Assembly (NCBI RefSeq): GCF_009914755.1
Contig: NC_060926.1
DNA from: the human T2T-CHM13v2.0 reference genome, Homo sapiens
Direction: 5' to 3' (one strand)
DNA: 64,000 nucleotides
Each line of letters begins with the position of its first letter. Positions within the stretch are counted from its first letter, which is position 1. Of the stretch, positions 23,734 through 36,950 are shown in pieces. The notes under the pieces were generated by a model. It was given only the letters and a program-made list of their open reading frames with translations, did no database searches and was not told the DNA's origin. The position numbers and the translations under genes were made by a program.

Positions 23734-25308
23734 TGTAAATGATCTAAATACACCAATTAAGAGAGGAAGATTGGCAAAGAGAAATAAAAATGCTGACCCA
23801 ACTATACGCTGCCAGAAACTCACTTCAAATATAATTATACAGTCAGATTGAAAGTAAATGGATGAAAACATATATATCATACATATAAATATTAATCAGA
23901 AAAAGTAGTGGCTATATAATATAAAACAGACTCCAGAACAAAGAAAATTACCAGAAACTGGAAGAGACATTATACAGTGATAAAAAAGTCAATCTACCAA
24001 AAAGACCTAGCAATCCTAAGTGTACAAGCACCAAACAACAGACTTGCAAAATATGTAAAGCAAAAACTCATAGAATTAAAAATAAATAGAAAAGTCCACA
24101 ATTATAGTTGGAAACTTTAATGCTCCTCTCTCAACGATTAATAGAAAAACTAGACAGCAAATAAGCAAGAATATAGAATAACGCAACTGCATATTCACCA
24201 AGAAGATCTAATCAACATTTATGGAACACTGCACGCAACAACAGCAAAATACTCTTTTGTTTTCAAATGTTCACAAAACAAGGTAGACCACATCCTGGAC
24301 CATTAAAAAAAAAAAAAAAAAACTTCAATAGATTTTTAAGACTTGAAATTATACAGAGTGTATTTTCTAGCCACGATGGAATCAAACCAGAAATCAATAA
24401 CATAAAGACAACAGGAAAATGTCCAAACACTTGAAAACTAAACAACATTCTTCTAAACAGCCCATGAGTCAAAGAAAAAGTATCAAGGGAAATTAAAATA
24501 TATATTTAACTAAATTAAAATGAAAATATAATGTCAAATTTTGTGGAAACAACTAAAAGACTGCTGAGAGGAAAATTTACAGCACTAAAAACATACATTA
24601 GAAAACAGGAAAAGTCTCAGATAATAATCTAAGCACCTACCTTGAGAATCCAGGAAGAAAAAGAGCAAAATAAACCCAAAATAATCAAAATTAAAAAAAA
24701 GATGTCAGCAGAAATCAATGAAGCAAAAAACAGAAAATCAATGAAATAAATATTAAATTATTTGAAAAGATCAATACGATTGACAAAATTCTAGCAGGAC
24801 TGACAAAAAGAGAGAGAAGACATGAATTATCAATATCAGAAATTAAACAGGGAATATCATCAGAGACTCTGCAGACATCAAAAAGATAATAAGGAAATAC
24901 TATGAACTCTACACATATAAATTTGACAACTTACATCAAATGGGCCAATTCCTTGAAAAACACAAACTACCACAATTCAACCAATCCTGAAAGATTACCG
25001 TATGATTCCAGTTATATAATGTTCTTGAAATGACAAAATTGTAGAAATGGAGAACAAATTAGTAGTGGCCATAGATTAAGGAGGGTGTAGAAGTAGGAGA
25101 AAAGTGGGCAAAGTTATAAAAGAGCAACAAAAAGGATACTCGTGGTGATGGAACTATTCTATACCTCAGCTGTATCAATGTAATTATCCTGGTTGTGTTA
25201 TTGTACTACAGTTTTGCAAGATGCTACCACTGGGGAAAACTGAGTAAAGGATACATGAGATTTCTCTGTATTATTTATTGCAGCTACATGTGAATCTACG
25301 ATATCTCA

Positions 25309-25960
<652 letters not shown>

Positions 25961-26454
25961 GACTTTCATATTTTTATTCTTTAAATTAGGAGGAAGAGTT
26001 AAAGTAATATAAGGAAGCTAAATTATTTTCTTTTACTACAAGGGTTCAAAAGCTAATTTTATATATAAATTACATATATCTTAGCTAAGACATATCATGT
26101 ATGTGTCTTAGCCTATTAGTTAGATTAGACCAGTAATTCCCAATGAACTAAAACCAGAAAAAAAAAACTAAAAAAGATTGCCTTGATTTTTATTTTCAGT
26201 ACTTTCAGCAGACTAAGTATTTGAATTGGCTCTCCTGCTTAATAGAATAAGAAAAGCTATATAACATTTTTCATCAACTTGAAGATATTTAGGTTGCTAT
26301 CAAAACAGTGAAAAATGAGGACACCAAGATCCAGGAGGGGATCAAAGAGGTGAGCCTGGCATTTGGATCTGATTTTCTCCAGATGCATCAGCCCATTCTG
26401 GGAGACAGAAGTGGTGGACTGAGAAGCTGAGCATATTTTTTCTTTTAGGGGAGG

Positions 26455-27545
26455 GGGTTGGTTTTTTTACTACTTGGTGTTCTCTGAGCTTCTGGAACCT
26501 GTGGTGTGCTATCTGTTGCTAATTTGGGGAAATTCTTGACTATAATTTGTCCAAGTTCTCCCTCCTTTTCTCTTCCCTCCCCTCCCCTTTCCCTCTCTCT
26601 CATCTTCTGGGATTCCAATTACACATATGTTAGCCCACTGATATTATCCTACAGTTCTTAGATGCTTTGTTCTGTTTTTTCACAATTTATTGCCCTTTGT
26701 GTTTCAGTTTGAATAATTTCTACTACACTGTCATCAAGTTTACTGATTCTTCTCTCAGCTATGTTGAGTCTACTGACAAGCCCATCAAAGGCATTCTTCA
26801 TTTCTGTTACTGTGTTTTCTATTTCTAGCATTTTTATTTGATTTTTCTAGTAGTTTCCATCTCTCTTTTGAAATTACCCATCTGATTATCCATGAAACAA
26901 AGTGGATTAATTTCAAAAACATATTGCTAAGTGAAAGTAAGCCAAACTGGAAATACTACATACTTAATGATTTCATTCACATGACATTCTGGAAAAGGCA
27001 AAACTATAAAGACAGAAAACATATCACTAGTTACTAGTTACTAAAGGGGGCAGGAGTGGATTGGCTACAAACAGGAATAAGGGAACTTTGGGGTGGTAAA
27101 ATATATATTTTTATTAAACAAATGTATATACTAATAAAAATTTATAGACTGTACACTTAAAATGGTGAAATTTTACTGTATGCAAATTACATGTCAACAA
27201 ACCTTATTTTGAAAAAAATAAAATGATAAAAATAAAATAAAGCCCTGCCATTACACATACTCCAGAAGAGATAAATTTTTTAAACTGGCCACACTAAGTG
27301 TTGTGAAGATATAGAACAATGAGAATCCTCTTACACTATTGGAGGATTGTAGATTCCTACGAGAACTTTGGGAAATTATTTGACAATATCAACTAAAATT
27401 GAACATATGCACGCCCCATGACCCCGCCATTCCCTTACTAGGATTATACCCAAAGCAAAATTCACAAAAATGAATGCCAAGAGACAAGTACAAAACTGTT
27501 TATAAGCCCTGATTCATCATAGCCAAAAACTGGAAACAGTCGCAT
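26455..27545. mobile_element. Mixed old L1M fragments (antisense 26455-26895, then sense 3' pieces)
   Basis: TCTACTGACAAGCCCATCAAAGGCATTCTTCATTTCTG; ACATTCTGGAAAAGGCAAAACTATAAAGACAG; ATAGCCAAAAACTGGAAACA. Confidence 0.6.
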
Positions 27546-27984
27546 ATAATTGATAATTCAATGCACTCTACATTTCTATATACTAGTGTCGTATGCACTT
27601 TTCTAAACACATTTTGTGCTTGTTTTATACTTTATAAAAACGTATTCCATAGTTAAGTATGCAACGCCTTTCATGCTTGGCCCCTGCCCACCTCCACAGC
27701 CTAATTTCCTGTCCTATACAGTCTCATTCAGACAGACCATAGCCCCTCCCTCATTCTCCACGCCTTGGCACATTCTGTTCACACTATCTGGATAGTCTGC
27801 CATGTGTCCAACTTTGAAAATCGTCTTCCTCTACGTAGCAATCTTCATCTTCACTTCAAAGCCTAAATCAGATATTATCTCTTTCCAGATGCCTTCGTTG
27901 AACTCCCACTCCATACAACCTTCCCCCAACAAGGCTGCATTAGGTACTTCTAACTTAATTCCTCATAACACCCTATGCTTTAGG

Positions 27985-28186
27985 TCAGAGTTTATCAACC
28001 TCATCACTTTTGACATTTTGGGGTCAGATAATTCTTGATGTGAGGGGCTGTCTTGTGCATTTTTAGGAATTTTTTTTGGCATTCTCACCTTCTACTCAGT
28101 AGATGCCCATATTATGCCCCCTCCCCACCCCACACTGTGACAAATGGTCTCTGAGCAGCAAAACCATCTCTGGTTGAGAAGCACTG
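27985..28186 (+). mobile_element. MER20 DNA transposon
   Basis: CAGAGTTTATCAACC...TGACATTTTGGGGTCAGATAATTCTT...GGTTGAGAAGCACTG. Confidence 0.8.
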
Positions 28187-28951
28187 TTCTGGGGCTTTGG
28201 AGGAGGCTTCCTGTGCCTGAGTTCAGAAACAATTGAGATATCAGCCAAAAGTCAGGGAGATGAAAATCAAAACGTTAGTGATAGAGCTGAGTGGAGAATG
28301 TGGCTCTACCCTCCCATCCCGGAGACAAACGGTGCAGGATGACCAAGGGCCCCCACACAGGCAGGCCCCTCGGGGGTGGCAGAGAGGAGACTGGGATGCC
28401 AACGTCCTGGGTAGGGGCTGGCTGAGGGAAGGGGCAGATGGAAGGAGCTAGCCGATTTGCTGGATTTTTCCTTCCAACTCCCCAGCCCGACATGAAAAAG
28501 ATGGTGCCGGGTGAGGAGAGAGGCCGGGGGATTACTCAAGAATCCTTCCAGAGGGAAAAAATGACGATGGCCCTAACACCGTGCCTCCGTCACAGCATTG
28601 GGGACATCATTGTTCCTGGCCTCTTGTCTGTCTCCTGCATGGACATGGAGGGTATGGACTGTGTCCTGTTCATCCCTGCATCCCCAGGGCTGGTCCAGGG
28701 CCTGGCTTGAGCTGGGAGTTCACTACATGTCCTTTCATTCTTCTAGTCCCCACCATTGCTGCTATTGCAGTGTGCCTGGGACCCTTAGAGCCCCACAGTA
28801 TCTCCGGAGAAAGCCATCCCTCTGCCTCCTGTGTCCCCGGCTCAGGGACATCGCTCACCAAGGGAGCCTGATACGTGAAAGAAGTTCAAATGTTCTATCA
28901 ACTGGGAAGGCCTGCGGCAGCAATGGGCACTTCCTCTGCACCACAGCCATC

Positions 28952-28969
28952 CGACCACAAGAGGGCGAC
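28952..28969 (+). promoter_or_regulatory. CTCF motif (forward)
   Basis: CGACCACAAGAGGGCGAC fits the consensus YGRCCASYAGRKGGCRS closely. Confidence 0.55.
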
Positions 28970-29609
28970 ATCCCCCTTCCAATGCCTCTACAGCCGCCAT
29001 CCCTAAAACCAACAGCTCGACCCAGGACCAGAGCGGACATACGAAGGAGGTGGACCCCCTACTCCCCTTTCTAAAGGAAGGAGGGGGCCCTGCACTAGGT
29101 GATTGGCCTCATGGGCCACAGCTGGGCATCTGGCTGACTCAAGTTCTAGGCTTCTCCTTCCCCCAACCCGTCCCCTCGAGGTTCTCTCCTATTGAGCTAG
29201 GGACATCCCCAGCCTCTCCAGAGCCAGTGAGGTGACCACTCCCTGGTGCTATCCTGGGGGCTCCACCAGCCCTGGGCTGATCAGGAAGGCCCCATGCTGG
29301 CCCTCAGCTTCCCACCATCCCCACTTCTAAGTGGTGCTGCTACCTCTCAGGTCCTGCTTCCCTGTGCAGCCTGGATTCCTCCCAATGCAGCCCTTGTCCA
29401 GCTTCGTCTGCCTCTTGGGGGACTGTCCTAGACTCTCTGTCACTGGATCTTTGGACCAGCCAATACTATCAGTTGCCTCACCTGCTAAGGGCACAGTGAG
29501 ACAGCTGGTCACCAGGATGTCACGGGCCCTGAGCCTCTTCTCTCTAAGGCCTGTCCTTGCTACCCCTCCTCTTGTCCCACTCTTCTCTGATCTCAATGAC
29601 TTCTGCCAT

Positions 29610-31125
29610 TGTGTACAAAATTGGTGGGTTCTTGGTACACTTGAAGCCGCAGACCCTAGCGGTGAGTGTTACACTTCTTAAACATGGTGTGTCCAGAGTT
29701 TGTTCCTTCTGATGTTCAGATGTGTCCTGAGTTTCTTCCAACTGGTGGGTTCGTGGTCTCACTGGCTTCAGAAGTGAAGCTGCAGACTTTTGCAGTGAGT
29801 GTTACAGTTCTTAAAGGCGGCGCATCTGGAGTTGTTCCTCCCTCCCGATGGGTTCATGGTCTCGCTGGCTTCAGGAGTGAAGCTGCAGACCTTCACAGTG
29901 GGTGTTACAGCTTATAAACGCGGTGCGGACTCAAAGAGTGAGCAGCAGCAAGATTTAGTGCAAAGAGCGAAAGAACAAAGCTTCCACAGTGTGGAAGCAG
30001 AGAGCGGGTTGCTGCTGCTGGCTAGGGCAGCCTGCTTTTATTCCCTTATCTGACCACCCCTCACCTACATCCTGCTGATTGGCCCATTTTACAGAGAGCT
30101 GATTGGTCCATTTTGACAGGGTGCTGATTGGTGCATTTACAATCCCTGAGCTAGACACAGAGTGCTGATTGGTGCATTTACAATCCTCTAGCTAGAAGTA
30201 AAAGTTCTCCAAGTCCCCACTAGATTAGCTAGACACAGCACTGATTGGTGCCTTTACAAACCTTGAGCTAGACACAGAGTGCTGATTGGTGTGTTTACAA
30301 ACCTTGAGCTAGACAGAGTACTGATTGGTGTATTTATAATCCTTTAGCTAGACATAAAAGTTCTCCAAGTCCCCACCAGATAAGCTAGATACAGAGTGCT
30401 GATTGGTGCATCCACAAACCCTGAGCAAGGCACAGAGTGCTGATTGGTGCATATACAATCCTCCAGCTAGACATAAAAGTTCTCCAAGTCCCCACCTGAC
30501 TCAGAAGCCCAGCTGGCTTCCCCTAGTGAATGCCGTGCCTGTGGGCAAAGCTGCCTGCCAGTCCCGTGCCCCACACCTGCACGCCTCAGTCCTTGGGCGG
30601 TCGATGGGACCGGGCACCACGGAGCAGGGGGCGGTGCCCGTCGGGGAGGCTTGGGCCCGGTGGGAGCGCAGGGAGGACGGGGGAGGCTCAGGCATGGTGG
30701 GCTGCAGGTCCCGAGCCCTGCCCCTCGGGGAGGCAGCTGAGACCCCGCGAGAATTGGAGCACAACACGGGCAGGCCAGCAGTGCTGGGGGACCCAGCGCA
30801 CCCTCTGCAGCTGCTGGCCCAGGTGCTAAGCCCCCCACTGCCCAGGGCCAGCGGCACTGGCTGGTCGCTCCGAGTGCGGGCCCCCGCCCACCCAGAACTC
30901 ACGCTGGCTCGCAAGCACAGCGCGCAGCCCTGGTTCCTGCCCGCGCCTCTCTCTCCACACCTCCCCACAAGCAGAGGGAGCCGGCTGCAGCCTTGGCCAG
31001 CCCAGAGTGGGGCTCCCACAGTGCAGGGGCAGGCTGAAGGGCTCCTCAAGCGCGGCCAGAGTGGGCGCCGAGGCCAAGGAGGTGCTGAGAGGGAGCGAGG
31101 GCTGCTAGCACGTTGTCACCTCTCA
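29610..31125 (-). mobile_element. LTR12 (C/D/E-like) ERV9 solo LTR
   Basis: Minus strand starts TGAGAGGTGACAACGTGCTAGCAG; CpG-rich U3; tandem CTGATTGG (CCAAT) repeats; ends ...CCACCAATTTTGTACACA; perfect 4-bp TSD CCAT at 29606-29609 and 31126-31129. Confidence 0.93.
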
Positions 31126-31199
31126 CCATCTCAAGACCTGGACCCCAGCATGCTCCTACCCCCACACTATCTACACCATTCTGGATAAGCCCAAAGTCT

Positions 31200-31600
31200 T
31201 TGGAAGCAGATAGAGATGGATTTGAATCCTTATGCAGCACTTACTAACAGAGTTGTTACTTACCTTCTCCGAGCCTTGGTTTTCTAATCTGTGAAATGGG
31301 AGTGATCACGGCCACCATTTTGAGTTTTTTGTAAGTGACATCCTATGCATCTCATGCAGGGCCCAACAGTATCATAGACAGCCAGTAAATGTTACTTGCC
31401 TCCCACCATGTCACATGAGCACTGTGCTCGGCATTCTATACACAGAATTGTGAATATCCACATAACTTTGTCAGCTAGTTATTACTGGCCCATTTTATAG
31501 ACGAAGAAACTGAGGCAACAAGAGGTCAAATAATTTGTCCGGGATCACATAAGTGAGAAACTAGCAAAGCTGACACTTGGGCCCATATTGGATGGATGTG
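31200..31600. mobile_element. MIR fragments
   Basis: GGATTTGAATCC...GAGCCTTGGTTTTCTAATCTGTGAAATGGG; CCCATTTTATAGACGAAGAAACTGAGGC. Confidence 0.7.
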
Positions 31601-32669
31601 AAGGCAAATCCTGCTCTGCCTGGGCACTCTGCCCCCATGTTCTGCCTGCAGGTAAAAGAGAGTGTTTTACTGTCCTTGTTTTCTAATAGGCTTCTCAGTG
31701 CTTTGATCCTACCTCTGCAGAAGCACCCACTACCACTCCTTTTAGGGAAAAGAGGACTATTTACTTTTTAATTTTACTTTCAATCAGTCAGATTCAGTTC
31801 CACGTTCATAGAGACTTGGGGTAGTTCAGTGAAATCAGAGCCTGGGTGTCCTTGGAGAAAGGTTGATGTTCATGCTCACTCTTTTTGTGGGGGTCATTGA
31901 CTCTGAAAAAGAGGGAAGTCTAATAACTGAGTCTGGGAAATAAAGATGCCTGCATTTCAGGTTCTCTGACCCAGATCCCGGAGGATGGGGAGCAGCTGTT
32001 TCCATCTCCGCAGGTGCTAGAACCTCTAGGAATGTAGTCACTTGGAAGGGGAGAAGCAAGAGTGAGTGGAATAGAACTTCCAGAGGTCAAATCACCCGAA
32101 AGGTCCAGTGGAGCTGAACACTGCACCGTCTGCCACAGGAGAGGCGCTCACCTGCCCTGCCAAGCAGCAGGCCGGCTGCAGGGGAATGGACAGGTTGGCC
32201 TTGCAGACTCAGCGAGCAAGCACTAGGGCATGGGCTATGCAGGGCTGTGAGAGGGCAGCCCAGAGACACCCAGGTCCCAAAGGCCCAAAGAACGGGACAT
32301 GGGGGTTTTGAGAGGGGAAGGATCTTGCCTAGGCCCCGTTGTGTCCAGTGCCCCTTCTGCTGAGCCACACCCTGGAGCCCTGGAGCTCTCTGGCTCCTGC
32401 CACTGCTGACTGCCTGAGTGGTGGTCATTGAGAAATGATTGAGAAAATCTGGGCCAGGTCCAATCCGCCACGAGGGATGATTGATAATGGGAACAGAGAC
32501 TGTGGGTCTCCGTCCTCACCGCTGTACTGAAGCTTTTAATAATCAGCCTGTCTCTAAGTACCTGAAGACTCTCGGCTTCCAGCTGTCTATTAATTGTGCC
32601 TCTCAGGCCCTTGGACAGTTGATTCAGCCTACTGCCCACTGTGACCGCTTCCAGGAAAGGCAATGAGTG

Positions 32670-32703
32670 GCTGCGGTTCCCAAGTTGGCCACTAGAGGGA
32701 GCC
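32670..32703 (+). promoter_or_regulatory. CTCF motif (forward) with upstream auxiliary motif
   Basis: GCTGCGGTTCC-caagt-TGGCCACTAGAGGGAGCC: core plus a U-motif-like element at 5-bp spacing. Confidence 0.75.
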
Positions 32704-35347
32704 GTAGCCCGTGGCAGCTCTGCCTTAACTGGCGGGGGAGAAGAAAACCAAAGGGTCACAGAATCCCTGCCTGTATGGACATCCCAAAGTCCTCCCTTAG
32801 CTCTCCCCAGTCCAAGTTTAGGCCCCTCCTGTTTTCAGAAGTTCTTGAAAAGGGAGGTCCATCCTCCCCTGAGGACCACTGGCAGCAGCTCCTGCCGAAA
32901 CCCTGCCTACAGGTGCCTCAGCGGGGTGGGGCCTTGGGGGAGGCTGCCTGGGAGACAGAAGGCAGATGAGATGGGAAACGGAGGGACAGAGAGGAGGGAA
33001 GGCAGAGGGCAAATGCAGACAGGATGGGCTGGAAGGGAGGAGGCGCTGAAAAGGGAGACGGGGGAGACTGGAAACAGGAGAGAGGAGACCCCAAGGGGGA
33101 AACCTCGAACTCAGCCTCCCCCACCTGCCCTTCCTGCCGGTCCCAAATACTCATCCAGAGGAGGGCCCGACTCCCTCCCTCCAGTGTCTGCTGTTGCTCC
33201 CGGCCTGCCCTGTTTACCTGGCCAGCCACGGTCTCCCAAACACCAATCCAGGATTTGGGGTTATTAGAGGCTGGGGAGGGTGAGATCCTGGAGCAGGAAT
33301 CGGAGAAGAGGAAGCGCAGTGAGACGGCTGTAACCCAGCACCAGGCACACACAGAACGCTGACGCTGCCCTGAATTCCACCCAGCTGCGGCTCTCACCTG
33401 ATCTCCACCTCTCTTATATCTGCTTGGGATAGAGTTCAGCTGTTTTTAGTCATCTGAAGGACTGTCATTCACAGAAGGCTTCTCCTTCCCCGGCTGACAC
33501 CTGCTGATACTGCAGCAGGAATGATCCAGGTTAGGTATCAGAAGCTCCTTCCAAAAGGCTGCCCCAGGAGGGGGCTTCAGCTTTCTGGGACACATCTCCT
33601 TCCTTCCTGGCCTCTGTCCTCGCCATCCTGACGTCTACGCAGGAGAAACCTTGGCCAAAGTGACTAACGGAAGCAAAGAGTAAAGCCCAGGAAAACACGT
33701 CGATTGGGGTGGGTGGGGGTCAAGGTCTTCCGAGCTGTCTATACTTGCTGTGTCTCTACTTCCTATTCACTCATCAGTTCACCAACTCTACAAATCTCGT
33801 GAGACTTTCATGAGCCTGACGCTGTGCTAAGCCACTTCCTCAGCCTCCTGCCCCCTACTGATGCTGTCGCTCTTTTCCCAAAGAAAAGGACAAGGATGAT
33901 TTCTTTGTGGCCAAATTCAGTGTCCTTCTTCTGGGGCTCACTAACTTTGATCCTAAGGTGGTGGCTGGACTGTTGACCAGCCATTCTTTCCTTCTAGAAA
34001 AGAAGAAAAGCTCCTTTCCCCATCAAAACACCACCCCTTCTAGGTCCTCCTCCTTCCTCTCTGAGACCTCTGTCTTCTTCACAGGACCTTCTCCTCCTCT
34101 CCTTCCCTTCTCCTTACACAGCAATGTTCCCCTGCTTCCACCCACGACTCTCCTCTGTCTACAGTACCTCTGTGTCAGGATGACTCACAGCCTGCAAAGG
34201 CACAGCAATATTCCTATGTCTCTATTTTCTACATCACACAACCCTCTCTGCAGCACTAGCAAGAAACTTTAGGTTGTATCTAACACTTGGAGCTTAGATA
34301 GCACCAAGGCCTGGAGACAGGCCCACCTGGTCATCCAGTCTGTTGTCCTCAGAGATGTCCACCGTCTAGTCTGGGTGGCCCTGTGAGTTAAGCTGCTCTT
34401 TCTGCAGTCTCTAGACTCCACACATGGAGCATAGAAAGCTCTGCCCTGCAGCCTCAGGCCTTGTCCTCTGTGCCCGAGATACAGGGGAATGGACAGATTG
34501 ACCTTGCAGAGGAGTAAGCACGAGGACAGAGGCCATGCAGAGAGGCAGTCACCTCCCTGGAGATAATGTTGAGAACTCCATGCAGCCACCCACCCCAACC
34601 CCAGACCCTTTCTCATTCTCTTTCTCCAGTCCAAGGGGGGCATTTGAACTGACCCAACTTGAGTCACGAACTCATCCCTGGACCAGTCTGCAGTATGACT
34701 GGAGGAAGTGGTCAAGATATCTCAATACACTGACATGGCCCCTGGTACCCATCCCTACACATCCCCCCCTTCCCATGAAAGAGGGGGACTCAAGCTGTTC
34801 AGCTACCCCCTCCCCATATGGTATCTAATATAACTCTTAAATCTTTCCCTCCAGCACATGTTGGAGTATGAATCAGAAATTTCCAGTTGTTCCCAATACC
34901 CACTCTCCTCTCCTCCTTTACTAATAACTCCCCAGAAGTATGGCTGTACTCATGGCTGCAAGGTATAAAAATGGCATTTCCCAGCAGCTAGTTGAGGCCA
35001 TGTGACAGTTCTGGCTATTGTGATCTGAGCAGAAACAATGTATATACTGTAAATGTACCACATCCTTAAAGAGAAGGGCACGCCCTCTCCTTCCTCTTTT
35101 CCTGCTTTTCACTGACTAGAATGCAGTTGTAATGGCAGGAGCTGGAGCAACCATAATGGACCACATATTGAGGATGGCAGGGCGATCAAATTGAAGGGCC
35201 CTGGGGTCCTGACTAATTTCATAGGGGAGAGCTATAATACAAGTAAGACAAAAACAAATGGCCACATTTAAGTGTTTGGTAATTCAAAGTCTTTGTTATA
35301 GAAGCTGCACTAATATTCTAACTGATACAGAGCTAAAGAGATCTTCA

Positions 35348-35677
<330 letters not shown>

Positions 35678-35689
35678 CTATAGCACTTT

Positions 35690-36950
35690 CCAGCTATGAG
35701 ATTTGGAGCAAACTACTTAATCCTTCTGAGCTTTCATTTTCTTAGCTGTCTGCCTATTTCCCACAATCATTTTATAAAATGAATGAAATAGCATTTAACA
35801 AAGCACCTAATATAACATTGACATATACTTGGGGTTCAGTTGATGTTGAAACTGACAGCCCAGTCATCTTTACAAAATACCAACCAGATCCCCTGCCCCC
35901 TTGATTCAGAATCTTCAAACATTCCCACTGCTCTAACTACAAACACCAAACCCTTCCTGTGGCCTGCAAAGCCCTGCCTAGCTTACCCAGCCTCTCTAGC
36001 CCAACCCTCCCCACCTCCCCCAACCCTCCCACCTCCCCAAACCCTCCCCACTTCCCCCTGGCTCCCTTTGCCCACACTGACCTTGCAGTCACCTCACTCC
36101 CTCTACAAACATTGATCAAGGGTCTTCCACAGGCCAGACACTGTGCTGGGACTTCACACATACAGACCTGGAGCCTTGCTCTTGCAGACTTTACAGTCTA
36201 GTGAGGGAGAAAGAAAAAAAGAAGTTCACATAAATAAATAAGCATAGCTAACATTTACTGAGCACTTACTACCTGCCAGGTGCTGTCTGAGCTGTTTTTG
36301 CCTACATAAATTATCAACCCCTACAACCCTCTGAGTTAGGTGTTACTGTTATCACCCCACATTTTACAGATGTGGAAACAGAAGCACAGCAGGGTCAAGC
36401 AACTTGCCCAAGGTCACACAGCTAGTAGGCATGGAGCCAGAATTTGAACTCATGTAGTCTGACATCATAGCCTGTGCATTCAACCACGAGTCTGTCCTGC
36501 CTTCAAATTCATGTCAAATTACAACTGTGAAATGTGCTATCAAGGGAGTGTACGTGGGGTTCAGAGGCATGAAGACTCTCCTGCCCCTGGGCCTCGGCAT
36601 GTGCTGTTCCCTCTGCCTGAAACACCCTTTCTTCCCTCTTTGCCCGACCAACTCCTGTTCACCCTTTGGATTCTGACATTCAGCACATGTCACTTCCTAA
36701 GGGACACCTTCTCTGCTCTCCCCAGAGCATCCAGATCCATTTAGAAACTCTTGCTCTATAAAGCACCCTTGCTCCAGTGCACGATCACACTGTGATTATA
36801 TATTTGCTGATTCTTTATATGTTTTTCCTGATCCCACGAGACCCGGAGTGCCATGAGACAAACAAACACATTGTTGGTGCTCAGGGCCAAGTACAGTGCC
36901 TGTACATAGTAGGTGCTCAGTATGTGTCTTTCAAATCAGTTAATTAATTG
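35690..36950. mobile_element. MIR and L2 fragments
   Basis: ATAGCTAACATTTACTGAGCACTTAC...ACTTGCCCAAGGTCACACAGCTAGT (MIR); TGCTGTTCCCTCTGCCTGAAAC and ACATAGTAGGTGCTCAG (L2). Confidence 0.7.

Noticed and set aside
30075-30490. Regularly spaced direct repeats that superficially resemble a CRISPR array
   Set aside because: These are the known LTR12 CCAAT/NF-Y enhancer repeats, with no unique spacers, in a eukaryotic context without cas genes.
30403-31188. 261-aa plus-strand ORF
   Set aside because: Lies almost entirely in the GC-rich LTR12 U3; such stop-poor frames are common in LTR12 copies and it resembles no protein I recognise.
32641-33267. 208-aa plus-strand ORF over the CTCF site
   Set aside because: GTG start, low-complexity composition, no recognisable domain or clear exon structure.
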